Below are positions 50,780 through 64,000 of a DNA stretch of 64,000 nt, piece by piece. Position 1 is the first letter of the stretch. Every line of letters starts with the position of its first letter. A program made the translations under genes and the position numbers. The notes beneath the pieces were generated by a model that ran no database searches, had not been told where the DNA came from, and saw only the letters and a program-made list of their open reading frames with translations. Origin of the DNA: Utricularia gibba (Eukaryota; Plantae; Magnoliophyta); NCBI GenBank assembly GCA_002189035.1, contig NEEC01000030.1:317938-381937 (forward strand). Reading direction: 5' to 3'.

Positions 50780-51290
50780 TCTATGATTTTTTAGGGCATT
50801 TTAGATCAATTTGAGGAGAATCAAGATCTCACTATATATGGGTTTGAGAACGTACTAATCTGAGATCAACAATATGTCAAATGATAAAGCTTTTGTCCAG
50901 AATTCATAAATGAGATAAAGATTTGAATATGATAATGGAAAATTTGTATAAAAGATCTTATTGGTCCCATCAAAAAAACTCAAAATAAGACTCAAATCTT
51001 TTTCTCTATAAATAGCTTAATTCCTTAACCATTAAAGATGTATTTGACTATTTTGCTATTTTTTTTGTATGTTTATATTTATTTTCATGTTAAAGTCACG
51101 CATACATGTATAGGCACTTACGCCTAAAGATTTTTGGTGAATCACTTGTGCAAGTCTCTATGTGAGACACTAATGTTTTATTTTATTCTAATTTTTTTAT
51201 GGTTAGGTTTTAGTAAAATAGTGCACAAATTGTTTAATTATAAAGGGAAATAACTCAAAGAGTATGGACTCCAATTTTATGTGAATTAAG
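50780..51290 (+). mobile_element. Family-B LTR, 5' fragment
   Basis: GATCAATTTGAGGAGAATCAAGA, AAGATCTTAT and CTATAAATA blocks are collinear with the reverse complement of 47200-47730. Confidence 0.6.
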
Positions 51291-51458
51291 TTTGCTTGGA
51301 CCTAATTTTTCTTTAATCTGATGTAATATGGGCCTAATGTCCTTTTGAATCTATATGGGTCCAGTCCATTTGGGTTGAGCCGCATTATCTAATTAGTTTG
51401 CAAAGCTATTCTTAGAACATGTATAAAAGTAGAATTACAAAACTATATGAGAAGTCAA

Positions 51459-51690
51459 AGCAGTGTTTGAAAATTTTTAAAATATATTTCTACTTTTCAG
51501 AAATAAAAATATTTTTGCTCTAGAATACTTTTAATTGTAAAAGTAATTATATCAAAAAAAATTTTAAAATTACACTACAAAAGTTATTTTTTGAAAATTA
51601 AGTAGTTGGTCACTTTTACTTCTTATTTCTAATTTTCTAAAATAATTTTGAAAAGTAAAATAGGTTTAAAAATTTTTCCAAAACATTACT
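51459..51690. mobile_element. Tourist-like MITE candidate (232 bp)
   Basis: TIR AGCAGTGTTTGAAAATTTTTAAA vs rc of the right end AGTAATGTTTTGGAAAAATTTTTAAA; flanks CAA/TAA; AT-rich interior. Confidence 0.55.
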
Positions 51691-51699
51691 TAAATTAAG

Positions 51700-52660
51700 A
51701 AGAAAGAATATTTTCTAAGCAGGGGTTAGAAGAGAAGAAAAAGTGATTTTTTACAAGCAAAAAGCCAGATACTAACAACTATGACTTGTATGATGATGGG
51801 CAAACTAGAATGATCTGGTTGAAAGTAGAAAAAAAAAATTATCAGAATACAAAGGGGGCGATTCCCGAGGGAAGGTCCATAGACGAAAAGGGGAACTCTC
51901 ATTGGAGAAGGAGAATTTTCGGTGACTTTTAGTAGAGAATAACGTAGATAGTGACGAACAGCATTTTCAGATAGACAAGAAAGATGAAGATGAGTTCGAG
52001 CATGAAACTGGAACAAAGCTTCGGCATTTCGATGTTTTGTGGAGATGTAAGGAAAAGAAGTCTTGCAACCAGCTTATTCAAGAAGAGATGGAGAATCTAC
52101 TATACATTTTATTTTATGCACCTTTATTTCTCTCACTTTTTACTTATGCATGCATGACATTAACATTTCCTGCTTTTAACAACTAGTTGGATTTCTTGTT
52201 TTGTTCAAATGAAGGTGTTGCAACTTATGATTTCATTATTGTTCACTAGTATGACTCTAGAATAGGATTCAAACCTCACAATGAACTTTTATTTGTTTTC
52301 GTGAAGTTAAACTCCTGTTTGAATGCAAAACCAACTAATTGCTATTTGAAATTCGATTGATGCATTCTTTTTTTCTTTGCTTTTTAGTTTAGAAGCTAGT
52401 AGAAGAATTTTATTAATTTAATTAGAGTAAAAACCCACTTCTAGATAAAGCTCTTTGTTTAATTCAGCTTACAAATAGAACCAACAACTAAAAACCATGT
52501 ACTCAATGTGGATTGACTTGGACTTACTATTACTAAATTAATTTCTTTGTGAATTTTATGTGGTTTGTATGTTTTGAATACAAATTATTTTTTATGAGAA
52601 AACCTTTAGGCTCACAATACCTTCATAATTTTCATTCCATCTAAATGGCAGTGTTGCATG
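51700..52660 (+). mobile_element. Athila-type LTR remnant followed by a decayed PBS
   Basis: GTGGATTGAC motif near the end, then AAATGGCAGTGTTGC resembling TGGCGCCGTTGC; the left boundary is uncertain. Confidence 0.4.
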
Positions 52661-54877
52661 GCAGCAAGGTGTTTTTTAGTTGTTATTCATGCATTTACGT
52701 TCTTTTCTTGGTGATACTCTTATGCCACTTGATGTGGACATTTTGAGAACCACAAGGGAGCAAAACAAACATGGAAATGATAAACGAAAAATTATGCAAT
52801 GTCGTTAAATGCAAATTTTCCTATCAAATAAATTTATAACCTAATACACATTAAAACATAATACAATTATGAGCATAGTGATTAGTGTCGAACACGAAGA
52901 GCAAGTGCTTGCTATGTGAAAGTTGATGCATGAAACTAGTGTCACGTTGGTAAAATTGGTCTTAGCTAGGATTAAGGTACAACTAAAACAAAATACAGTA
53001 AAGAAAAGTAATAAGTTCTAGAGTTCGATTGTTTCTGGAATGGAATGGGTGATGCCTTGGGACTCCTAGGGGATGTATGCTCATCACTAAACAAACTCAC
53101 AAAAAACACAAATCATACAACTAACTCACAAGATCTAGGTCTACCCGGATTCTTGTTTTTCCCCCTAATCTTTGGTCTACCTCTAATTAGGGTTGTTAAG
53201 TTGGGTTTCACTACTTCCCCATCCTGGATCTATCCTGGTTTGTTAAGGAAGTGGCGTGACTCATGGCTGTTTAGATCTAAATGTTGATTAACATGTTTCT
53301 CCCCTTTTTACCCCAAGGCACCCCCCTAAGTACTTAGCCACTCATGCTTAAGGTAAAAGAAAGTGGAAAAGAAAACATCACCCACAGTGTGCTCATTTCA
53401 CAATCAAATACCAGAAAGCAAACAAGCAAGTAATGTGAAGTGTCAACAAAAACTGAAAAACGTCATTAGCTACTCTTAGCTAGGAGTAATATTCTTCGAA
53501 AACAGAAAATAATCTTGAACTTCAGCTTCGTTCCTGTTTGTCTTCCTTCTTCCTCCTCCCCAGAAAACCTTCTCCCCTGAAAATGTGTTCGTGAGTCTTC
53601 AAGGGGAGATCTGCCTTCTCTCCCCACCTTTCTTCCTTTTGTCCAAAATCTTCCTTTTTCACCTCCTTGGACTTTGTGTGTACTCTTTTTCAGACTTCTG
53701 TCACCTTTTCTGCTACCACACTGTTCATACTCGGCTCCTGGGATTGGTGTTGCGACCTATGCTGCATTGCTCGAAGGGAACTGTTAGAAGGTTGGGACTA
53801 AATCACAGATTTAGTCCCAACTAAGACTAAAAGTGCACTCCTACGGTACTTATGTGCAAAAATATAAAAACAGGCAATTAAGCTTAATTTTTGTAGCACA
53901 AAATGAGTAAATTCCATGCATTGAGCCACTCAAAAATATGTGTTATCACATTATGCTACAACGACACTGGACTTGTCCTCACGTCCTAACTAAGACTAAT
54001 AGGAGGTAAATAGTCAATGAATTTCCTACAGAGCGATGTGGATGCTTAACATTCAGCTAAAAACGCATGAGTTGTAGGGGTGCTAGTGTGCATGTGAGGG
54101 TGTCACTCAAGCATACATGACAATTTCATCCTGAAAGGTGCATTCGAAGATTAAATGAGCAAAAATGGCATGTGCTTACCTCCAAAGATTGTCACTACTG
54201 TTTTTTTTTCTTTTCTTCCTCCTTTTTTTTTTCTACAGAGATCGAAACTAGGGAGAATTTAGAGTTCAACTCAGGTATACTATTGCTTCCCCTCTTTGTT
54301 TGTGAGTGTGGGCTATGCACTCTCCTCCTTATTCCTCCAGGGGTCCCTTCTACTCCTCTAAGTTGTTCTCATAATCCCCCCTGTGCTCTTTACTTTGTCG
54401 TCTACACACACTCTTTTGTTGTGTGTTGCCTTTCAAGACGTGGGTCTCATCGCTTTTATGTTGATGATGCTTTTTTTTTTTTTTTTTTGCTATCTACAGA
54501 TTTCGTGACAACCAATCCCCCATGAAAAATCAACACATGCCAATCTACTAAAAAAATCTTGAATGCACCAATCTGACTACATTGAACATGTTGCTATCTC
54601 ACAAAAATAATCAAAGGGAAAAACATGCTCACTGGTTCATAAAATGGTCATAACAAAATTCATGCATTTCGTGCATCATGAAAAACATCCCATGCTTGTA
54701 AGGGAATCCCTCAACCATTCACAAAATCCTCCTGACCATAACGTCTCACTACTAAATTACTCCTAGCTTAGACTAACGCCATAAAATTGAAAATAAAAAT
54801 AAAAATAAAAATAACAATAGAACTAAAGATGAGGCAATGCAGCGATGTTACTTGATCAGGGAGGAGTCCTTCACCCC

Positions 54878-56695
54878 CTACTTCAGTTCCTTCACTTCCC
54901 TTAACAAGTCCCCCAGCCTGTCATATAGCATATCAATTCTTTCCTTGCAGCAGCAGTCCTTTCCTTCCTTCACTTTATTTGGTCCTTGTCGAGAAGTCCC
55001 TGCTTTTGCTTTCGGTGCAGGCAGGTTGTTGCAAATTCCTGCTAGAGATTTAAACACAAAACTACTCCCCTTTGCTTGGATTAATGCAGCGGTTTTAAGG
55101 AAATGAGCATTCAAAGGGAATATTTTTGTCTCCACATGAAAATATTCTAGCTCATGAATTCGATCAGCACACAGTCTTTGACCAAGGAAAGTGATTACAT
55201 TACCAAACCCGAGATTCAATGATTTCTTGTGCAACAAACACCACATGACAAATAATTCACGTTTATATAATGTATTGAATCCTAGAGCTCTTCCAAATAG
55301 CATGGAAGAAATCAGCAAATGGACATATCATGCAGCAGGTTCTGTAAATAAATCAGCTTTTGCACCCTTAGGTTTAAATTCTATCATATGCTGACTAGTT
55401 AACATCTCATACACTTCCTCAGCATTGAAATCATCAGGATAATCAAATAAGGAGGTGGCGAACGCATGCAAGTCGACATGCTGCTCAGAGCAGAATCCTA
55501 AGGTTACACACCATTTAGCAATCGAGAGGGAAAATTCTTTTCCTAACAACCTAAATGTAATTGCTCCTGGTGTAATCACAGTTTCTGGTTTTTCATAACA
55601 GAACGTGGAAGCAAATTCATATACAAGTTCAACATAAGAAGGGTAATTCATATCACACAAAATTGGCAGCCCAGAATTTTCAAACATTGAGTAAACTTCA
55701 GTAACTATTCCCAATTCCACCAAGATCTCATAATCGATGATGCGGCAAGGCATCACCTTTGTCCCTTTTACCTCATCATACCTGGTGGCGAACTCTTCAT
55801 CCTCAAACTGAAGATATTTCAGGTTTAACATCTCTGCATGCTGCTTAAAATAAGGAATGCCCTTGCTAGTCATTCTTCGTTGTGATTTCCCTTTCTCTTC
55901 CTCTTCAAGCTTACCTGAACTCAAGAACAACGGGATAAGGTTAGGTAAAAAATTTCTCTTTTCTTTTGTACCTGTTCCTCCCCCTCACTGGCATTTTTCT
56001 CCAATTCCTCTATTTCTGGTTCAGGTTCTTGCTGCTGCTTTGTTCTGCTCCTTGTTCTTTTTGCGACCAGATTTTGGTCATCCTCTTCTTCTCCTGCTGC
56101 TATAGCAGTAGGTGTGGCTGGCTCCTCACTTTCTACTGGAACTTGTTCTGCTTCCCCAGCTTCGGCTTCCTCTTCTTCGGTTGGTTGCTCTGCAATCTCT
56201 AGGATTTCTTCCACCTCTGCTATTGCAATTTCTTCTTCAAGTGCAATTTGCATGGTGACTTCCTGTTGCTTCCTTCTGGTACACAATTTGAGGTTGTTCA
56301 GCAGATGTTTCTTCAACCACCAATTTTCCCTTTCCTTTGTAACTCCTTTGTAATTCTCTCAATTTTTGCTGAAGGTCAGGGCTGGTGGGTGCCTTCAGTC
56401 TTGAACTTCTTCGTTCTAGCAGAGGAGGTTCTACTATTCCTTGAGGAGGATTTCTGCCCAGAGTCGCTGCATGCAGGAGAGCATCAACTCCCTGAAACTG
56501 CTCTTCTCCAATATTTACAGCCTTGTTTTGTTCCTGGGTAGGAGCAATTCCACCGTCCTCCCCAGTTTTTTTGCGCTTACTTCTCTCTGATGTGGTTTTC
56601 TTGCTGGGTTTCGCAGCAGCAGTTCTCTGGTGTTGGCGTTTTGCAGGCATCTTGCTAGCTCTTCTCTCTACAATTCTCAGGAGCAAGTGAAACAT
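54878..56695 (-). pseudogene. Athila env-like / ATHILA-family accessory ORF, frameshifted
   Basis: Four overlapping ORF pieces. A charged low-complexity N-terminus precedes Y.ELVYEFASTF...ITFRLLGKEFSLS...LGF, typical of Athila extra ORFs; located between integrase and the 3' LTR. Confidence 0.7.
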
Positions 56696-56988
56696 TTGAA
56701 CAAAGTGAACGTTACAAGGAGATTTACCCCCAAATTCCCCAAGGGTTTGAGGGTAAATCTATAAAATCTTGACAGTCAGTTGCGACCCCTGTATGTTACT
56801 TTCATGTAACCGCAATGTAACTCCCTTTTCTGCAACAGGAACACAATAAAGACTTTTTAAAATAACTCCTAGCTAAGTCTTAAAGTGCAAACGTAAAATG
56901 ACAGGAAAATAAAACTACAGAAATTAAACTTGGGTTGCCTCCCAAGAGCGTCCCTGTTTTCAGTCCCGGACTAGACCTTCAGCAAACT

Positions 56989-59900
56989 CTACGTTGTGTG
57001 TGTGTCCCTTAGGACAAGAACTTTAACTTCTTCAACAAACCTGTTTTGAAGATTTTCATAAAAAATCTTCAACCTATGTCCATTCACCATAAAACTTGTG
57101 TTAGTTCCTTCATCATAAACCTCCACTGTTCCGTTTGGGAAAACTTCTTTCACTACAAATGGTCTAGTCCAACGAGATTTGAGTTTCCCTGGGTGTAACT
57201 TCAGTCTGGATTGAAACAGCAAAACTTTCTGACCAACTTCAAAGGACCTCCTGGAAATATGCTTGTCGTGGTAACTTTTAGTCCTAGCTTTGAATAATTT
57301 TGAGCTTTCATACGCATCATTTCTCAGCTCTTCCAGTTCTGAGAGCTGCAATTTTCTTTGGCTTGCACTAAGACTTTCATCAAGGTTTAGCCTCTTCACT
57401 GCCTACCAGGCCTTGTGCTCTAATGCTGCAGGTAGCCTGCAGGGTTTTCCATAAACTAACCTGAATGGGGAGGTCACAATTGGTATTTTATATGCTGTTC
57501 GGATTGCCCATAAAGCATCCCTCAGTCTCAAACTCCAGTCCTTCCTGTTCGGGTTTACCACTTTCTCCAAAATCTGTTTAATCTCCCTGTTTGATACCTC
57601 CGTTTGGCCATTTGTTTGTGGATGGTATGTTGTTGATGACTTATACCAGATGTTGAACTGCTTCAATACACTTCTCAAGGCCTGATTATAAAAATGCGTA
57701 CCTCGGTCACTGATCAACGCCTTGGGAGTCCCATATCGCACAAAAATGTTGCTACGCAGAAAATTGATCACTGTCTTTGCGTCATCCGTCCTTGTAGGAA
57801 TGGCTTCAATCCACTTTGAGGTGTAATCAACAGCCACTAAAATATAGTTGTAGCCTGCAGAGGTGGGGAATGGCCCCATAAAATCAATGCCCCAAACATC
57901 AAATAATTCACATACCAAGATTCCTTGCTGAGGCATTTCGTCCCTATTGGATAAATTTCCCACTCTTTGGCATGGCTCACAACCCTTACAATAAGCGTAA
58001 CAGTCTTTGAAATGTGAGGCTAGTAGAATCCACAATCCAAAATTTTTCTGGCTGTATGGTTTGGTCCATGATGGCCACCAAAGGGTCCTGAATGACAAGA
58101 ATTGATAATTTTAGGAATTTCAAACTCATGAACACACCTTCTAATGACACCATCATTGCATCTCTTCCAATGATAGGGATCGTCCCGAAATATAATATTT
58201 GGCATCACTTTTCAGTTTGTTCTTCATGTGATAATCAATTCCTGGTGGCATCACTCTTGCTGAAACAAAGTTAGCCAAGTCTACAAACCACGGTTCACGA
58301 ATATTAGTCCTAACTAAGAATAATTGTTCATCCGGAAACGTTTCAGTGATAGGATTTTCAGTCCTCAGCCCTTCCATCCTGTTGAGATGGTCAGCGACCA
58401 TGTTCTCCTTTCCAGGCCTGGACAAGGAAAACCCATCTGATCAACCGTGGCTTGGTCTCCTTCTTCTCCATCAAGTGTTTTACTACTGAATGGACTGTGT
58501 AGACCACAACTTTGCTCCCTAAAAGATATGAACGAAATTTTTCCAAAGCAAAAATCACAGCCAAAAATTCCCTTTCAGTCACAGTGTAATTTTTCTGGGC
58601 ATCATCTAAGGTTTTATAGGCATAAGAAATAACATGATGTTTCCCCTCAAATTTCTGTCCTAAAACCGCCCCTACAGCATGACTGCTAGCATCACACATA
58701 ATTTCGAAATCATCCCTCCAGTTTGGTGGTTGTATCACAGGAGCAGTGGTCACAACCTCTTTCAAACAATTAAAAGCATTTTTGCATGAATCATCAAAAA
58801 TAAATTCCACATCATTATGCAAAAGTCAACTAAGAGGCAAGGCAATCTTAGAAAAATTCTGAATAAATCTTCTATAAAAACCTACATGCCCCATAAATGA
58901 TCTCACACCTTTAACATCAATTGGATACGGTAACTCAATCATAATTTCGATTTTTACTTTGTCTACCTCAATACCTTTCCTAGAAATAACATGGCCAAGC
59001 ACAATTCCATGATCAACCATAAAATGGCATTTTTCAGAATTGAGAACAAGATTTTTTTCAACACATTTTCGCAAAACCTAATCCAAATGGTCTAAACATG
59101 ACTCATAATCTTCTCCATACATTGTAAAATCGTCTATAAAAATTTCAATGAAATCCTCACCAAAGTTTTAGAAGATGCTAGTCATACACCTCTGAAAGGT
59201 AGCATAGGCATTGCACAACCCAAAGGGCATCCTTCTATAGGCATATGTCCCAAATGGACAAGTAAAAATCGTCTTGTCTTGATCCGTACCTGAAATTGCA
59301 ACTTGGTTATATCCAGAATAACCATCTAAGAAGCAATAAAAAGATTTTCCTGCTAATTTTTCGAGCATTTGATCAATGAAAGGTAAGGGGTAATGGTCCT
59401 TCTTGGTCACTTCATTTAATTTCCTATAGTCTATGCATACCTTCCATCCATTTTGAATTCTTTGAGGCACCAGCTCTCCCTTCTCATTCTCCACCAGTCT
59501 TCTTGGGTACCACATGGATTGGACTCACCCATTCACTGCCTGTAATGGAGTAGATTATACCTGCATCATGAAGTTTTACAATTTCCTTCTTTACCACTTC
59601 CATCATATTTGGGTTGAGGCACCTTTGTGGCTGGCGAACAGGTTTTGCTCCATCTTCTAATAAAATCCTGTGCATACATATAGAGGGAGAGATGCCTTCA
59701 ATATCTGCAAGAGTCCAGCCAATCGCCTTCTTATTCCTGATCAGCACGTCCAGCAGTCGCGACTCTTGGTCTAAGCTAAGATTATTTGAGATGATAATCG
59801 GGTTGTTCATTTCTTCATCCAAGAATGCGTACTTCAAGTGTGTGGGCAGTGGCTTCAGCTCAGCTGTCCTCTCCTCCAGGGTCTTGACTTGCATAGCATT

Positions 59901-61157
59901 CATTTGTTCTGACCCCTTTTCGGCTTCCACTCTTGCAAAAAATGATTCTTCATGTTCCTCTTCCTTCTCTTGGATTGCCTTCTCAAAATGCTCCTCAACA
60001 AATTTATCCATCACGTCCACTGAGCATACACTCTCAAAATCGCTGGGATAATTGTTTACTTTCTTCATGTCCAACGTGATCTTTTCTTCATCAAAGGATA
60101 ACTCAATTGTACCCATCTTCACATTAATTATGGCATTGGAAGTGCTCAAGAAGGGTCTTCCAAGGATGATGGTCGTATCCCTTGAACTTCCAGCAGGCAT
60201 ATTTACCACATAGAAGTCTGCTGGAAACACTAGCTGCTCTATCTTTACTAGCATCTTCAACCAAGCCCTTTGGAAAAATAACTCTTCGGTCAGCAAGCTC
60301 AATTTGCTCTCCTGAGGCTTGTAGAGGTCCTAACCTGAGAGTCTCATATACAGAAAAAGACATCACGTTTATAGAGGCTCCCAGGTCAGCCATGGCTCTC
60401 CTAATGTTCAGGTCACCTATTTTGCAAGGAATAAAAAATGTTCCAGGGTCCTTGCATTTTTCAGGTAGTTTCCAAGTCAAAAGGGCTGAACAACTCTCAC
60501 TCAGCTTCACCTTGCCTTTTTCCTTCAATTTTGGCTTTGACATACAGAGCTGCTTCAGGTACTTCACGCTTTTGGGCACCAAGTCAATATACTCTAGCAA
60601 TGTCAAATTTAATTTTGTATTTCCCAAGGCTCTCAACATCTTTTCTTTTTCATTTTGCTCCTCTCTCGCCTTCACCCTTCCTAGAAATGGTGGTGGGGTT
60701 ACTTTTACCACTAGAGGCTCAGTAGCAATCTCTACTTCTTGTTCTTCAACATCTTCTTCCACAACATCTTCAGACTCTTCTGCCGTCTCTAAATTACTCT
60801 TAGGTAGGACTAATTCTCTGCCAGGCTTTTCTTTCCCGCTCCTCAGTGTCATTGCACTGATATTTTGTCCACCCCCAGAGTTGGGATTCTGTTTGGCTTG
60901 CGACGGTAGGCTTCCTTTTTGCTTCAGTTCCCCAACCTCTGTTGCAAGCTGAGTGACTTGAATTTCCAAGTTCTTGATAGCTTGTTTGTTCTCAGCTTGG
61001 TTCTTGATTGATTGGGTCATAAAAGTCTTCAAGATATCCTCTAATGAACTTCCAGAATTTCCTCCAGAATTATTCTGGTTTGGAGGCTGGAATTGCTGTT
61101 GCATCTGCTGGTTTGGCTTGCGAAATTGTGGAGCTTGGTAAGAACGTTGTTGTTGAT
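56989..61157 (-). pseudogene. Athila gag-pol remnant
   Basis: Protease AMADLGASINVM; RT WKVCIDYRKLN, YPLPFIDQMLE, FLDGYSGYNQ, RMPFGLCNA, IFIDDF; RNase [17 protein letters not shown]; integrase [26 protein letters not shown]; several frameshifts. Confidence 0.92.
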
Positions 61158-62212
61158 TGATAACACACAAATTTTCATGTTTTAAGATAAGAAAAATCAT
61201 AGATTTTAATTATGTTTAAGTGTTAATTTTATAGTTTTAAGTATTTTTATTTGATTAGGGAAAATATGATTTTTGGTGTGATTAGTGGGCTAAATCCTTT
61301 GATTTAGCCCACCCCATGTCTAACCCGATTTTGGAGTCTAGCAGCAGCCCAAGAATCAAGGAAAAATCTAGATTTCGTGCAAGTCACCAGGGTGCAGGGG
61401 CCAATGAGTATACTGTCACGGAGACAGTCTTCAAGTCAGGGTCTGGAGCAGCAGATCTGTCAGAGAATGTACTTGCCTTGGGAAGTGGGAGGCAAGAGAA
61501 AGCTGAAGAGAGAGAATTGCAAAAAAAAAAGGGAGAGGACCCAGAATTTTCAAGGGAGGGCACACACGAGGGGGTTTCTCCCCCACCCCAACTGAAACAT
61601 GAAGAAACATGAAGAAGAAGGAGGAGAAAGGCGATTTTTCTGGAGAAGAACCTCCAGCTTGAAGGAAGAAGATCAACACCCAGTTCAGCGCCACTGTTCC
61701 GGCCTGTGAACAGTGGCAGACGGAATCTAGAAACTTTACTGTCTTATTTTCGTTTGCATATGTTCTTAGCTTCTGCACTAAACTTCTGCACAATGTTCTC
61801 AACATTTTCGTCATTTTATGTTAATGCCATTACATTTTACCTTCAAAGCATGAGTAGCTAAACCCTAGGAGTGCCTTAAGGTGAAGCATGGTGGTGTGGG
61901 TCTAGGAGTCTTAGTAAAATTGACCTTAGTTTCTTAGCTCTTGTTTCTATCAAACCATGAGTAGACCTAAGGAGGGGAACAAGTAGCTTCACAGCTTAGA
62001 TGCTTGATTTAGAGGTAGACCAACAAGTCAAGACGGGAGCAGAAGGTGTTAGTCCGGGGTAGAACCAGTAGAACCGGGTAGACCTAGTTCTATATGCTTT
62101 GCATGCGGGTAGACCTAATTGTAAGGTTGGTGATGATATGGAGGATTAACTTAGCCAAAAATATGGTGAATGACCTGGGTAGACTTAGGTTATTTGAAGT
62201 TGTGAGTATAAG
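61158..62212 (+). mobile_element. Athila-type LTR inserted in opposite orientation into gag, 3'-truncated by the satellite
   Basis: Starts TGATAACACACAAATTTTC; 61860-62210 is the reverse complement of 4820-5200; homology stops at TATAAG (62207-62212). Confidence 0.8.
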
Positions 62213-64000
62213 CTTGTGGATGAGAAAACCAGTTGGGGTGGTCATGACATCCTAACTTCAATAAATGCATCACGATTTTCGTCGAATAGGACCCGATTGG
62301 GCTCAGGAGTCGAGACGAACCTTGGGTCCGGATGAACTTCCAAACGAAAGCACCCACCCAAAAACGACAAGCTTTTCCTTAAAAAACAATGTAGGAGGCT
62401 GCCGAAAACCCAACGTTAATAAATGGATCACTTTTTTGCAGGGCTACAAATGACTATGGGCCCGAGTTCGATATGACCTCCGGCCCAATCCTAGTGCCCC
62501 TCGAGAGCGCCTCCTCAAATAAAAAGCATGTGGTTGAGAAAACCATTTGGGGTGCTCATGACATCCTAACTTCAATAAATGCATCACGATTTTCGTCGAA
62601 CAGAACCTTGGTTCGGATGAACTTCCCATCGAAAGCACCCACCCAAAAACGACAAGCTTTTCCTTCAGAAACAATGTAGGCAGCTGCCGAAAACCCAACG
62701 TTAATAAATGGATCACTTTTTTTGCCGGGCTACAAATGACTATGGGCCCGTGCCCGACCCGACCTCCGGCCAGATCCTAGTGCCCCTCGAGAGCGCCTCC
62801 TCAAATATAAAGCTTGTGGTTGAGAAACCCATTTGGGGTGCTCATGACAACCTAACTTGAATAAATGCATCACGATTTTCATCGAATAGGACCCGATTGG
62901 GCTCAGGAGTCGAACCGAACCTTGGGTCCGGACGAACTTCCCAACGAAAGCACCCACCCAAAAACGAAAAGCTTTTCCTTCAGAAACAATGTAGGAGGCT
63001 GCCGAAAACCCAACGTTAATAAATGGATCACTTCTTTTCCCGGGCTACAAATGACTATAGGCCCGAGCCCGACCTGACCTCCGGCGCGATCCCGGTGCCC
63101 CTCGAGAGCGCTTCCTCAAATATAAAGCACGTTGTTGAGAAAACCATTTGGGGCACTTATAACATCCTAACTTCAATAAATGCATCACGATTTTCGTCAA
63201 ATAGTACCTGATTTGGCTCAGGAGTCGAACCGAAACTTGGGTCTGGACGAAGTTCCCAACGACAGCACCCACCCAAAAAAGACAAGCTTTTCCTTGAGAA
63301 ACCATGTAGGCAGCTGCCGAAAACCCAACGTTAATTAATGGATCACTTTTTTTCCCGGGCTACAAATGACTATGGGCCCGAGCCCGACCCGACCTCCGGC
63401 CCATCCTGGTGCCCCTCGAGAGCGCCTCCTCAAATATAAAGCTTGTGGATGAGAAAACCATTTGGGTGCTCATGACATCCTAACATCAATAAATGCATCA
63501 CGATTTTCGTCGAATAGGACCCGATTGGGCTTAGGAGTCGAACAGAACCTTGGGTCCGGATGAACTTCCCAACGAAAGCACCCACCCAAAAACGACAAGC
63601 TTTTCCTTCAGAAACAATGTAGGCAGCTCCCGAAAACCCAACGTTAATAAATGGATCACTTTTTTTCCCGGGCTACAAATGACTATGGGCCGGAGCCCGA
63701 CTCGACCTCCAGCCCGATCCTGGTGCCCCTCGAGAGTGCCTCCTCAAATATAAAGCTTGTGGATGAGAAAACCATTTGGGGTGCTCATGACATCCTAACT
63801 TCAATAAATGCATCACGATTTTCGTCGAACCGAACCTTGGGTCCGGGAGAACTTCCCAACCAAAGCACCCACCCAAAAACGAAAATCTTTTCCTTCAGAA
63901 ACAATGTAGGCAGCTGCCGAAAACCCAACATGAATAAATGGATCACTTTTTTCCCGGGCTACAAATGACTATAGACCGAGCCCGACCTGACCTCCGGCCC
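62207..64000. repeat. ~315-bp tandem satellite (about 6 units, runs past the window end)
   Basis: ATAAATGCATCACGATTTT recurs at 62261, 62575, 62861, 63176, 63489 and 63804 (periods 314, 286, 315, 313, 315). Confidence 0.95.

Larger units (their letters stand above)
52778..61157 (-). mobile_element. Athila-type Ty3/gypsy element: 3' LTR, env-like ORF, pol and gag C-terminus; 5' part cut off at 61158
   Basis: The 3' LTR is 52778-53948 (TG...CA, family C). Gene order gag-PR-RT-RH-INT-env-like. Confidence 0.9.

Noticed and set aside
60182-60952. 256-aa plus-strand ORF (also 59614-60051, 42330-42857, 56248-56541)
   Set aside because: Antisense shadows of gag/pol/env-like frames with no independent motifs.
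62265-63968. Repeating short ORFs in the satellite
   Set aside because: By-products of the tandem unit; frames differ between units and show no protein motifs.
62207-64000. Possible 5S rDNA array (similar unit length)
   Set aside because: No 5S rRNA coding sequence (GGATGCGATCATACC..., AGTACTAGGATGGG) on either strand.

Overview
Plant (eudicot-like) nuclear DNA, heavily nested with transposons, ending in a tandem satellite. Two apparently intact host genes lie on the minus strand: a WSD1-type wax-ester synthase/DGAT (partial, runs off the window start) and a 900-aa LRR receptor-like kinase with an atypical kinase domain (At2g16250-like). The rest is mostly decayed MULE, LINE, hAT, Ty1/copia and Athila-type Ty3/gypsy elements and solo LTRs, then a ~315-bp satellite from ~62.2 kb to the end. 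The most interesting structure is a delimited ~7.7-kb PIF/Harbinger element (~14341-22040). Between its convergent transposase and Myb/SANT genes it carries a third, spliced gene that appears to fuse a Transposase_28 (PF04195)-like N-terminus to a NIF/FCP1-type HAD phosphatase domain. A diverged copy of this gene with the same first intron sits inverted at 9.4-11.2 kb. Both copies are bordered by arrays of one 13-N8-13 palindrome at three different periods (~46, ~57, ~147 bp). Both copies are pseudogenes here. There are also several local templated-repair scars. All domain names come from motif recognition by eye, with no database search, and many boundaries are approximate.
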